From NCBI GenBank assembly GCA_020052735.1, contig JAGVON010000076.1, positions 1-35,357 on the forward strand: 35,357 bases of DNA. Reading direction: 5' to 3'. Every line of letters begins with the position of its first letter. Position 1 is the first letter of the stretch. Shown here piece by piece: positions 25,349-35,000 of this stretch. The position numbers and the translations under genes are program-made. The notes under the pieces are model-generated. The model was given only the letters and a program-made list of their open reading frames with translations, made no database searches and was not told where the DNA came from. This DNA comes from an archaeon. Its GTDB lineage: Archaea; Micrarchaeota; Micrarchaeia; Anstonellales; Bilamarchaeaceae.

Positions 25349-28300
25349 CTACTTCTTCTCCCTGCCCTTCCTGTAAATGTAGTACGCCACCAGCAGGATG
25401 ATGATGAGCCAGAGCCACCAGAGGTTAAGTATCGCACCCCCGATGCCGCCCTGAGTGGTGGGCCTCTGCGGCCCCACGGGCGTGGGCTCGGGCCCCCCCG
25501 GTGTGGGCGTCTCCACGCACACTGTGTTGGTGCACACGAAGCCGGATTCGCAATCCCCGTCCTCAACGCATTCCGGAGGAACCGGGGGCGGCAGTATGCA
25601 GGCGCCAGAAGCGCAAACGTAGCCCTGCTGGCACTCGTTGTCAAGGGTGCATCCCGTGGGCTGCGGGACTTCCCTCTGCACGCATTCGTGCTCCGTGCAC
25701 TGCTCGCCCTGACCGCAATCAGAGGAGGAGCAGCACTCATAGCTCTCCCATTCATGGTTGGAATAGGTTCCGCATCCGCCTTCAGGGACCTTTTCGCATG
25801 CGCCCTGCGTGCATCTCTCATCATATTTGCAATCATCACTGGATTCACATTCCGTTGGCGCAACCGCGGTGAAGGAATCGTTTGCTGCCACATAGCCGAG
25901 CTTGGTTGCCCTTATCGTGTATAATCCGGCGTTCTCAGGGGTGAAGAACACCCTGCCCCAGGGGTCCGTGTAGCCGCTGAAGGCGGTTTCGCTTGCGAAC
26001 GTGATTGTCACAAGCGCGCCCGGGAGCGCAACATGGCCCTCGTGCTCCACTATGATGGCCATCTCGTTTCCAGTGGGGACTTCATCCTCCGCCACTATGG
26101 AAAGGGGTTCGTCCGCGGAGGGGTTGCCGGACTGTGTGGTGGTTGTGGTCGGGTTGGCCACCGCCTCCACCCATGCGCCGCTAGCCGCAGTTGAGGCGTC
26201 GTCGCTGCAGTTCACAGTGAAGTTATATGTCTGCCCCGCGGTCAAGCTGAAGTTCAGCGTCATGGAGGTGAGGGAGCTGTTCTCCACGGACTCATTGGTG
26301 CCGCCTGCAATTGTCCCATCAACGTATATGGTGCAGTTGAGGGTGGAATTGTCCGCGTCCGTGGCGTTGAAGATTATTATGGGCGTGAGCGACACTATCT
26401 CGCTGTTGTTCGCCTGCCCGTCTATGCTGGTTATGTTCACGGTCGGGAGGTAATTGAGGTTGTTGGTGAGGGGGAGGTAATCTATGCTGTCCGCAGGGGA
26501 TACGACGTTGAATGTCGCGTTCAGCTCGTATACGTCAACGCCGGCAGCGTCACCGGTGCCCATATAGCCGAGGGCTAACCAATCCACCAGCGTGTAATCA
26601 TAGCAGTATACGTCCGCCTTGACTACCCCTTTGTTCACTTCCCCGGCCACTTTCACCTGGAGCGGTTCCGTGCTCAGGCAGTCAGGCCCCCAATCAGTCC
26701 CGATGTTCGTTTCAGTTTCGGAACCTCCTGCCTTGATTGTGATGCTGCCCGAAGCGGTGGAGGCGCCCGCCGGGATGGTGAAATTGTAATAGCCCACCGC
26801 GCCGCTGGCTGCGTTCCCGTAGGTGTCCCAGTCCTGGTCGTAGGTATTCACGAAGTCCACCCATGTGCCCGTGCTGGCCTGCTGGAATGAATAGGCGTTC
26901 TGGGGCGCTGACGCGGAATAGTTGTTTACTGTGTAGGGTGTGTTCCCTATCCCGTCGCCGTCCGTATCCACCCCGGTGTAGTTGGAATAGAAGTTCCCTC
27001 CCTTGTATGCGCCCCCGATTATGTTCGTCCCAAGGGTTTTGGAGATGTTCCAATATTCATATGTGTTGGAGCTTATCACGCCCTGCGAGCCGCTCGCGTT
27101 CACGAGGTTGTTGTAAATCACGTTGGCGGCGCTCTTGTCTATGGCTATCTGGTGAACGCTGTTGTTCGCGACTATGTTGTCCATGAGGATGTTGTAGCCC
27201 GCCGTCACCGCCAACTCGGACATGTAGATGCCGTACAAGGTGTTGTTGGTTATCTCGTTATCCGTTAGATTGCTGTATGCCGCCGAATTGAAGTACACGC
27301 CGTAGTAAAGGCCGAAGATGGTGTTGTTGAAAATAACGCTGTAGTCCGCGCCTGCCAGCTGGATGCCGCTGGCCGCAGGTCCGTCATATATGGTGTTGTT
27401 GTATATCCTCTCGGCTGCGCTGGTGAAAATGCCATACGCGGTATTGTTGTGGATGACGTTCTGCGAGATGTTGTTGTCCACTCCGACCATGTAGAAGCCC
27501 GCCTCGGTGTTGTTGAACATATCGTTGTCCATCAGCGTGCCGTAGGCGGAGCCGACATATGCGCCTTCCGTATAGTTGGACACTGAGCAGTTGATTATGG
27601 AAACGTTCGTGAGCAGGGCATTGGTATATACGCCGTAGTAGACTCCGGCGGCAGTCCAGTCCCCGGTTATGGAATAGCCGTCGCAGTTTAGGGTGACGTC
27701 CGAGACGTCTATGTACATGCATGCGTCAATTGGCCCGGCATAGGTCCTATATCCGACCGCGTCGTATGTGAGCGTATAGGTCATTGGCGAGGAAATGTTC
27801 GTGCAAGTGACGACGGTGAGGGTGTCCGATGCGGTGGCGTTGGTGTAATTCCCGTTCCCCGTCGCGTTGCACTCGTATACATATGTGCCCTGCGCGAGCG
27901 TGGTGATGTCCTGCACAGAGGAGAAGCTGCTGTTCACTTCCACCCCGTTCCTGTAGAGGGTGAGGTTGACCTCTGAATTGCTGGCGTTGCAGGTCACGTT
28001 CGTTTCGGTGCCAAGGAATACGCTGGCGCTCGGCTGGATTGAGATGGATAGGGCGGTTATCTCCTCGCCGATTGCATAGGCGGAGAAGCCGGATACGCCG
28101 AAAGCCGCTATGTCGTTCGTGCAGGTGAAGGTTAATGGGACGTAATGCCTGCCCGTGTCCAGGACTTCGGCCAGGGTCAGCGGAACGTCGTAATCCCTGA
28201 GCACCCCCTGGCTGCAGTTGGAGGTGCTTACGGTTATGTTCGCGGAAACGTTCGCCTGCGCGGAATTGGCGCTGGTGTCATTGACGTAAACGAAATCCGG

Positions 28301-29116
28301 CTGCAGGAAGACGGTGCCTACGACTGGGGCGGGAGGGTATTGATACAGGGCGAGGCTGGAGACGTTCAGGTGGGTGAAGCTTACCCACCCTACTGTTGAG
28401 TTGTATCCGATAGTGAAATTGGTGAGGTTGTTGGCCGGGCCCCCCGTGTCGTACTGGGTGACAAAGTTGCTCTGGTTGTAGATGAACATGTTGGTGACGT
28501 TGTTGTAATAGGCATCGGCTGCCATGATCAGCGCATAGCCGGTGGTGTTGAACACGACGTTGTCAATGAGCGAGTTGTTTTGGCTGCCGCTGCTGACCAC
28601 GAAACCCACCCCCGAATCGTCCGTGGCGTCGCGCATGGTGTTGTTCGCGAAGGTGTTGTTGCTTGAGCCGACTCCCAGGAGGATCTGCGCCATGCGGAAC
28701 CCGTAGCTCGTATTAATGGCGCTGTTGTTAATGAGGGTGTTGTTCTTGGAGGACAGGAGGTTGAAGCCGATGTAGTAGCCGGACACCGTGCAGTTGCTTA
28801 CGAGCTCGCTTCCAAACGCGCTAATGGTCCCTATCTCTATCCCGGACCCGCTCCCGTTGCTCTGCAATATGGAGCTGTTGCAGTCAAGGCTCAGGCCGGA
28901 GTTGTTGAACTGCAGGACGGGATAGTACAAGTCCGATGGGATGATGTTGTATGTGTCCGTGCACAGGACTGTATCTTCGTTGATGTAGATTATGCCTGTG
29001 GTGGAATCGTTCACTATCATCGTTCCCCATGTGAGGTCGTTCGAGAGGTTCGCGCACTGCGCGGTGAGCGTTGAAACAAAGGCCAGGACTAGGATGACGG
29101 CGATGAAGCTCCTCAT
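25349..29116 (-). CDS. Large surface glycoprotein: NosD/CASH-like parallel beta-helix modules, Ig-like domains, Cys-rich stalk, C-terminal TM anchor (1255 aa)
   Basis: Signal peptide, Asn-rich beta-helix rungs, GGNFYSNYTGVDTDGDGIGNTPY (NosD-like ending), many N-x-S/T sequons, TM followed by RKGREKK. Confidence 0.85.
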   Translation of the reverse strand: MRSFIAVILVLAFVSTLTAQCANLSNDLTWGTMIVNDSTTGIIYINEDTVLCTDTYNIIPSDLYYPVLQFNNSGLSLDCNSSILQSNGSGSGIEIGTISAFGSELVSNCTVSGYYIGFNLLSSKNNTLINNSAINTSYGFRMAQILLGVGSSNNTFANNTMRDATDDSGVGFVVSSGSQNNSLIDNVVFNTTGYALIMAADAYYNNVTNMFIYNQSNFVTQYDTGGPANNLTNFTIGYNSTVGWVSFTHLNVSSLALYQYPPAPVVGTVFLQPDFVYVNDTSANSAQANVSANITVSTSNCSQGVLRDYDVPLTLAEVLDTGRHYVPLTFTCTNDIAAFGVSGFSAYAIGEEITALSISIQPSASVFLGTETNVTCNASNSEVNLTLYRNGVEVNSSFSSVQDITTLAQGTYVYECNATGNGNYTNATASDTLTVVTCTNISSPMTYTLTYDAVGYRTYAGPIDACMYIDVSDVTLNCDGYSITGDWTAAGVYYGVYTNALLTNVSIINCSVSNYTEGAYVGSAYGTLMDNDMFNNTEAGFYMVGVDNNISQNVIHNNTAYGIFTSAAERIYNNTIYDGPAASGIQLAGADYSVIFNNTIFGLYYGVYFNSAAYSNLTDNEITNNTLYGIYMSELAVTAGYNILMDNIVANNSVHQIAIDKSAANVIYNNLVNASGSQGVISSNTYEYWNISKTLGTNIIGGAYKGGNFYSNYTGVDTDGDGIGNTPYTVNNYSASAPQNAYSFQQASTGTWVDFVNTYDQDWDTYGNAASGAVGYYNFTIPAGASTASGSITIKAGGSETETNIGTDWGPDCLSTEPLQVKVAGEVNKGVVKADVYCYDYTLVDWLALGYMGTGDAAGVDVYELNATFNVVSPADSIDYLPLTNNLNYLPTVNITSIDGQANNSEIVSLTPIIIFNATDADNSTLNCTIYVDGTIAGGTNESVENSSLTSMTLNFSLTAGQTYNFTVNCSDDASTAASGAWVEAVANPTTTTTQSGNPSADEPLSIVAEDEVPTGNEMAIIVEHEGHVALPGALVTITFASETAFSGYTDPWGRVFFTPENAGLYTIRATKLGYVAANDSFTAVAPTECESSDDCKYDERCTQGACEKVPEGGCGTYSNHEWESYECCSSSDCGQGEQCTEHECVQREVPQPTGCTLDNECQQGYVCASGACILPPPVPPECVEDGDCESGFVCTNTVCVETPTPGGPEPTPVGPQRPTTQGGIGGAILNLWWLWLIIILLVAYYIYRKGREKK

Positions 29117-29224
29117 GCGTCCGCCTACTCTTATTAGATTTATAAATGTTGCTGACGTTGGCGGAAAATTGAAAAAACAGGGAGAAAATGGGGGGGAAAA
29201 TAAAAAATTAAAGGAAGGAGGGGC

Positions 29225-32200
29225 TCACTTCTTCCTGGGCCTTCCCCTCTCCTCTTCCTGCGCTATGAGCTCTTCCTGCGTCCTGGGGGCGCGCCTGCCC
29301 TTCCTCTTCTTCCAGAAGAAGAACCAGAGCAACAGCAGCAGCGCCAATAGCAGGACTATGAAGACGAAGGACTTCTGCACGGCGTTCGCTATGTTGCCCA
29401 GGAGGCCCGATATGCCCCCTCCCTCAACGCCGCCGCCTCCTATGACAGTCTGCTCGTCCACGCAGGCGTTCTCCCTGCACAAATAGCCAGAGCCGCACTG
29501 GGCGTCCGCGGTGCATTCCTCAATGGGCTGCTGGGCGCATAGCCCGGTGGTTGCGCACCCATAGCCCGCGGGGCAGTCCGAGGCGATTGTGCATGGCCTT
29601 TCCTCAGGGGGAACCTCGTCCCTCGGGACGCACTGGCCTCCCCTGCACAGGTCGCCCTGGCCGCAGTCCTCGCTTGACTCGCATTCCTGGCATTCCTGGC
29701 TTGAGGGCAGGGTGCCGGAGGTCTCGTACCGGATTCCGTCCTCCCCTGTCGCGACTATCAGCACGTAGCCGTCCACCGCGTCGGTGGTTGCCTGGCCGTT
29801 CTCATCCGTGGTGTAGGTCCCTATGAGCTCGCCGCACTCAACCACTTCCGCTATGTAGGGCTCGGGGCAGCGGTAAACGTCCACCCTGATGCCCTCCGCG
29901 GGGCGCCCTGCACAGAGGACCATTGCAGGCAGCCCGGCCGTGGCCGGCTCAACGCAGCCCTCCTCCATGACCGATATCGTGCTCGGGCAGCCCGGGTCAA
30001 ATGTCAATTCCGTGATTTCGGGCGGCTGCTCGGCGCACTCCTCCGAGGAGAGGAGCGGCACCAGCCTCTCTATGGCGCCGTGCGTTGCGGCCGCGGGCAC
30101 GACCACGACTATGTTCCCGTCCGTGTAATCTACGCTGACTTCGCCGTTTGAGTCCGTGGTGAGCGTTTCAAGGAGCGCGGTGCAGTCCTCGCCTTCGCAC
30201 CTGCATCCCTCGCCTTCACACCCGTATATCTGCACTGTTTCCCCGGCGAGCGGCACCTGCCTGCATACAAGCGCTCCCATCGTGGGCTCGGAAGGCGCCT
30301 CCTCGCACACTTCCGTGTATATGGATATGGTGGTGCTTGTGCAGCCCAGCTCCACGCCTACGTTGACCGGAGTTGGCTCCACCACGCGGAAAGTGCCGTC
30401 CGTGTCGTAGCAGTCGCCGAAGAACGCCGCGTAGGTGTATGTGCCGGTTTCTGTCGGCGTGAAGAACACGTAGCCGCGGGTGTCCGTCCTGTATGAGGTT
30501 GTCGTTCCACCGTGTATTATGTTTACGTCCGCCCCGGACAGTGTGGTGTGCGTGGGGTCGTCGTCGCTGTACCTGAATATCTGGATTGCGGTCTCGCCGC
30601 CCGCCGGCACCTCGCCCATGGCAAGCGCCTCAAGGTAGCATTCCGGGGTTGAGCCCCCGCCGGAAGAGACGGTTACGACATGCATGGTGCCGCTGGCGCT
30701 CGCGGAGGTGTAGTTCTCGCTTCCGGTGGTGTTGCAGATATATGAGTATATGCCTGCCGGCAGCATGGCGATGTCGTGGATTTCGGAGGTCCCGTTGGAC
30801 ACGTTGACATCGTTCCGGTATAGTGTGAGGTTAACCGCCGAGTTGCTCGCTGCGCAGACCACGTCCGTGGCAGTGCCGACCCGCGGGCGGCTGGGTGTCG
30901 TGAGCGTCAGCGTGGTGGTTATCTTCTCAACGAGGTAGCCGGTGACGGCCGTCGCGTTCGCGGCGGTGTAGTTCTCGTTGCCGGTTGTGTTGCACGTGAA
31001 GTTGTACGTGCCCACGGACAGGTTCTGCATGTAACTGGCGGAGCCGTTCGCGGAGCTCACAACAACGCCGTTCACGGATATGTTCAGGACCACCTGGGGG
31101 TTGCTTGCGCTGCACGAGATGTTGGTCTGGTTGCCGACAGTGGTTGGGCTGGCGGGGACAACCGTGAATGATGTAATCGTGGTCGTCTCCTTGCCCAGCG
31201 TGTAGCCGGAGAACCCGGAAACGTTGAACGTCGCCAGGTCGCCGCTGCACGTCTTCACCGTGCCGTTGTAGTGCACGCCGCTGGCGAGGATTGCCGCCAT
31301 GGAGGCGGGGAACCCGGTCGCCCGGATTACGCCGAGCGTGGAGCAGTTGCTGTTATTTATGGTTATATAAGCGGGGACATTCCCGTCCGCCGCGCCCGCA
31401 TCCGAGGAATCCATGGAAACCCAGTCCGGCCTGAGGTATATGTTCACGCCGTCCACGAGCTGCAGCCCCGTTGTAACGTTGATGGACTGGTACCTTATGA
31501 TGCCTACCGTCGCGTTGTAGCCCAATGTGAGGTTCGTGAAGTTGCTGTCCGAATCTGCCGAGAGCAGGGCTATGTTGGTGTGGTTGTATGCCAGGGTGTT
31601 CGTGAAGAGGTTTATGGCGAGGGGGCTGGAATAAATCCCGTATCCTCCGTTGCCGTATGCCACGGAGTCCGTGAAGTTGTTGTCCATGGAGTTTGCCGCG
31701 GAGAAGCCCCTGTTCGCGTTGTTGTAGCTCGTGCTGTTGGATATTGTGCTGCCGTTCGCATAGCTCATGAAGAAGCCATGGGTGTTGTTGTATGCGACGT
31801 TGCGCTGCAATACGCTGTAGTTGGAATATTCCACCCTGAAGCCGTTGGTGGAATCGTAGGCGGTGTTGTTTGTGAGGATGCTGCTGTTGGTTCCGATGAG
31901 ATAGAAACCATACACTTCGTTGTTGTAGGCGGTGTTGTTGGCGAGGTTGTTGCCGGAGCTGGATTGCAGGTGGAAGCCGGTGACCGTGTTGTTGTCCGCG
32001 ACATTGCTTGTGAAGGTGTTGCTGTTGGAGCTTGTGACCAGATAGAAGCCGTACCAGTTGTCGTATGCCGTGTTGGTGATGAGGTCGTTGATGTTTGAAT
32101 TCATGAGGAGGTAGAAGCCCTGGGTGTTTCCGTAGGCGGTGTTGTTTATGAAGGTGTTCTCATCTAGGTAAAATTCTATGATGAAGCCGGCGTCCGTGTT

Positions 32201-34927
32201 GTTGCGGGCGGTGTTGTTCGTGAAGGTGTTGTTGGAGGAGTAGTCGGAGAGGTAGTAGCCGAAGCTTGAGTTGAACGCGATGTTGTTGGACACGTTGTTG
32301 TGGTTGGAGAGGTAGCCTAACTGGAAGGCGTTCGTGGCTTCGCTGAGGTCGTTGCCGATGAAATTGCTGTAAGTCGCCGAATTCACGCCTATGCCGTAGG
32401 TGTTGTTGTAGGCGGTGTTGTTCGCCATCATGCAATTTGAGCTGTTGAAAATCCAGAGTCCGCTCTGGCCGTTGTCATAGCCGGTGTTGTTGGCCACTAT
32501 GCTCCCGTTTGAATATTCAAGGTAGATGCCGTCGTGGTAGACCGTCAGCCGGCAGTTCATTATCGTGTCGTTCTCCTTGTTGGAGGAATAGATGCCGTCC
32601 CCCGAGCCGGCTACGCCCTGCAGGAGCGAGCTGTTGCAGTCAAGGAAGATGTTTGAGGAGTTCATCTGGATTGCCTGGTCCGCGAGGACGACCTGGTTGG
32701 AGATGGTATAAGTGTCCGTGCAGAGCGTCGTGTTCCTGTTCACGTTGAGTATGCCGGTCACGCTGTCGTTCACGACTTTCGCGCCCCAGGTGGCCGTGTT
32801 GGAAAGGTTCACGCATCCCACCGTGTCGTTCATCGTGTAGCCGGAGAAGCCGGTCACGTTGAAGGTGGCGGTGTAGGGGGCGGCTGCGCCCGTGCATGTG
32901 GTCGCGGTTGTGTATGCGAAGCTGCTGAGCATGATTTCCGCAACCGAAGCCGGGAAGCCGTATGCCTTCAGAACCGGGAATGCGCAATCATCCGTGTAGA
33001 CGGTTATGTTCGCGGAGAGGTTTGCCTGCGTTGCGTTGGTGTCGTTGAGGGACACGAAGTACGGCTGCAGGAGGACGTTGGTGGTGTTCAGGAAAACGTC
33101 GGTTATGTTCAGGAGGTTGAAGTTTATCCAGCCGATTGTTGCGTTGTAGCCCAGGGTGAGGTTGGTGAAGTTGTTCTCGGTCTGGGCTGCCATCGCCCCC
33201 TGGAACAGGTAGTGGTCCTGGGTGTGGACGAGGGTGTTGGTGAAGTTGTTCCGGGAAGTGGTGCCCTGCAGCCAGATGCCGAAATCCAGGTTGCCGTATG
33301 CCACCGTGTCTATGAAGGTGTTGTTAAGGACGGTCAGCGAGAGCATGAAGCCGCGCAGCGTGTTGTTGTAGGCGAGGTTGCTGGTAAAGGTGTTGTTCTT
33401 GCTGCCGCCGGTCAGTATGAAGCCGTTCTGCGTGTTGTTGAATGCGGTGTTGCTGGTGAAGGTGCTGTTCTCCACGCCGGTCAGGAAGAAACCCGTGCTG
33501 GCCGTGCCGGTGGATGCGACGTTGTCGGTGAGTGTGGTCTGGTCGGCGGTGGCGATGTTGAAGCCGTAGAGCCCGTTGTTGTACGCGTTGTTGCTGAAGA
33601 ACGTGTTCAGGTTGGAGTTCGTGCTGGAGAACCCGTCCAGCACATTGTCGCGTGCATAGTTGTCGGAAAGGATGTTTGAGACCGACTGGGAAAGGAGGTA
33701 GCCCTCCTCGCCGTTGGAGTACGCGGAGTTGTTGGTGAGGTTGTTGTAGTCCGCCTGGAGGAGGTTGAAGCCATCCACAGTGTTGCTGAAGGCGGTGTTG
33801 TCGCTGACGTTGTTGTAGGCCGAGCCCTGGCTCATGTTGACGCCGTAGCCGTTGGAGGACGCGGTGTTGTTCTCCACCACGTTGGAGGACGCGGCGGAGA
33901 TGTGGATGCCCGCGCCGTTGTTGGATGCGGTGGAAAAGCCGAGGGTGTTGTAGTATGATGAAGCGGTGATGGCGAAGCCGTTCTTTGGGTTGTCAAACGC
34001 GGTGTTGTAATTGATAGTGCTGCTATTGGACTGGGCAAGGTGGAAGCCGTTGAGGGTGTTGTTGTATGCGGAGTTGTTTAGGATTGTGGTGCTTATCGCA
34101 GATAGAAGGTAAACACCATATTGGGAATTGTTGTAGGCGCTGCTGTTTGAAACGGAAGTGAAGTTGGAGTTTTCAATGTCAAAACCATATGGAGTATTGT
34201 TATACGCGGAGTCATTGTCAAAAGTATTATAGTGGGCATTATCGGTGGAGAATCCCTTATTAACGTTACCAAACGATAGACTATGCTTCACGGTATTATT
34301 GTTTGAGGTAGTAAGGTAGAAACCCATATTTGTGTTGTTGTATGCTGAGCTTCCTGTGAAGGTGTTATTCTCTGCCCCCTCCAGGTAGAAGCCCGTATCC
34401 GAGTTATTGTACGCCGTATCATTCAAGTAAGTCGTGTTGGCCGAACCGATGCTGAAACCATAAAGGGTATTGTTGTAAGCCACGCTGTTTGAGATGACGT
34501 TGTTCCTGGAATTTGCAGGCAGGATGAAACCGCTCCCGGTATTTTGGGTGGTGTGCGCGATTACATTCGTAATGAAGCTGTCATTGGCGGAATTCAACCT
34601 TACTCCAAAGGAGTGGTTGGCCACGATGCAGTTCTGGAGCGTGACGTTGTATGTCTGGTACAGATAAATGCCCGTGCTGCCGCTCTCGTTCCCTGTCAGG
34701 GTTTTACTGTTGCAGTTAAGGGTGACGTTTGAGATGTTTATGTATATGCATGAGCCGGTCCCGCCGAATATGGAATTGCCGGTGATGTCGGCATCAACGG
34801 TGTAGCTACCCGGATTGGTTATGTTCGTGCAGGCAACAAACTGAGAAAAGCCGAAACCCATCAGCCCCAATAACGCCACGAGAACGAATGTGCGCCTGAA
34901 CATGTGCTTCAAATCCATAATAAACAT
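29225..34927 (-). CDS. Giant surface glycoprotein paralog: long beta-helix repeats, Ig-like domains, Cys-rich stalk, C-terminal TM anchor (1900 aa)
   Basis: Signal peptide, many ~22-23-aa rungs (NNTAYNN..GFYL), Cys-rich repeats, TM followed by KKRKGRR. Start could also be 34918 or 34903. Confidence 0.87.
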   Translation of the reverse strand: MFIMDLKHMFRRTFVLVALLGLMGFGFSQFVACTNITNPGSYTVDADITGNSIFGGTGSCIYINISNVTLNCNSKTLTGNESGSTGIYLYQTYNVTLQNCIVANHSFGVRLNSANDSFITNVIAHTTQNTGSGFILPANSRNNVISNSVAYNNTLYGFSIGSANTTYLNDTAYNNSDTGFYLEGAENNTFTGSSAYNNTNMGFYLTTSNNNTVKHSLSFGNVNKGFSTDNAHYNTFDNDSAYNNTPYGFDIENSNFTSVSNSSAYNNSQYGVYLLSAISTTILNNSAYNNTLNGFHLAQSNSSTINYNTAFDNPKNGFAITASSYYNTLGFSTASNNGAGIHISAASSNVVENNTASSNGYGVNMSQGSAYNNVSDNTAFSNTVDGFNLLQADYNNLTNNSAYSNGEEGYLLSQSVSNILSDNYARDNVLDGFSSTNSNLNTFFSNNAYNNGLYGFNIATADQTTLTDNVASTGTASTGFFLTGVENSTFTSNTAFNNTQNGFILTGGSKNNTFTSNLAYNNTLRGFMLSLTVLNNTFIDTVAYGNLDFGIWLQGTTSRNNFTNTLVHTQDHYLFQGAMAAQTENNFTNLTLGYNATIGWINFNLLNITDVFLNTTNVLLQPYFVSLNDTNATQANLSANITVYTDDCAFPVLKAYGFPASVAEIMLSSFAYTTATTCTGAAAPYTATFNVTGFSGYTMNDTVGCVNLSNTATWGAKVVNDSVTGILNVNRNTTLCTDTYTISNQVVLADQAIQMNSSNIFLDCNSSLLQGVAGSGDGIYSSNKENDTIMNCRLTVYHDGIYLEYSNGSIVANNTGYDNGQSGLWIFNSSNCMMANNTAYNNTYGIGVNSATYSNFIGNDLSEATNAFQLGYLSNHNNVSNNIAFNSSFGYYLSDYSSNNTFTNNTARNNTDAGFIIEFYLDENTFINNTAYGNTQGFYLLMNSNINDLITNTAYDNWYGFYLVTSSNSNTFTSNVADNNTVTGFHLQSSSGNNLANNTAYNNEVYGFYLIGTNSSILTNNTAYDSTNGFRVEYSNYSVLQRNVAYNNTHGFFMSYANGSTISNSTSYNNANRGFSAANSMDNNFTDSVAYGNGGYGIYSSPLAINLFTNTLAYNHTNIALLSADSDSNFTNLTLGYNATVGIIRYQSINVTTGLQLVDGVNIYLRPDWVSMDSSDAGAADGNVPAYITINNSNCSTLGVIRATGFPASMAAILASGVHYNGTVKTCSGDLATFNVSGFSGYTLGKETTTITSFTVVPASPTTVGNQTNISCSASNPQVVLNISVNGVVVSSANGSASYMQNLSVGTYNFTCNTTGNENYTAANATAVTGYLVEKITTTLTLTTPSRPRVGTATDVVCAASNSAVNLTLYRNDVNVSNGTSEIHDIAMLPAGIYSYICNTTGSENYTSASASGTMHVVTVSSGGGSTPECYLEALAMGEVPAGGETAIQIFRYSDDDPTHTTLSGADVNIIHGGTTTSYRTDTRGYVFFTPTETGTYTYAAFFGDCYDTDGTFRVVEPTPVNVGVELGCTSTTISIYTEVCEEAPSEPTMGALVCRQVPLAGETVQIYGCEGEGCRCEGEDCTALLETLTTDSNGEVSVDYTDGNIVVVVPAAATHGAIERLVPLLSSEECAEQPPEITELTFDPGCPSTISVMEEGCVEPATAGLPAMVLCAGRPAEGIRVDVYRCPEPYIAEVVECGELIGTYTTDENGQATTDAVDGYVLIVATGEDGIRYETSGTLPSSQECQECESSEDCGQGDLCRGGQCVPRDEVPPEERPCTIASDCPAGYGCATTGLCAQQPIEECTADAQCGSGYLCRENACVDEQTVIGGGGVEGGGISGLLGNIANAVQKSFVFIVLLLALLLLLWFFFWKKRKGRRAPRTQEELIAQEEERGRPRKK

Positions 34928-35000
34928 TATAAAGGTAGCGTCAAGGTGGAGTTTGTGGATAAGGGAAGGTTTTTAAACATTAAACACCGTGTATAACAAC

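Noticed and set aside
25349-34927. Diversity-generating retroelement acting on the AAC-rich genes
   Set aside because: No reverse transcriptase and no TR/VR pair differing only at adenines could be seen. AAC richness is explained by Asn ladders.
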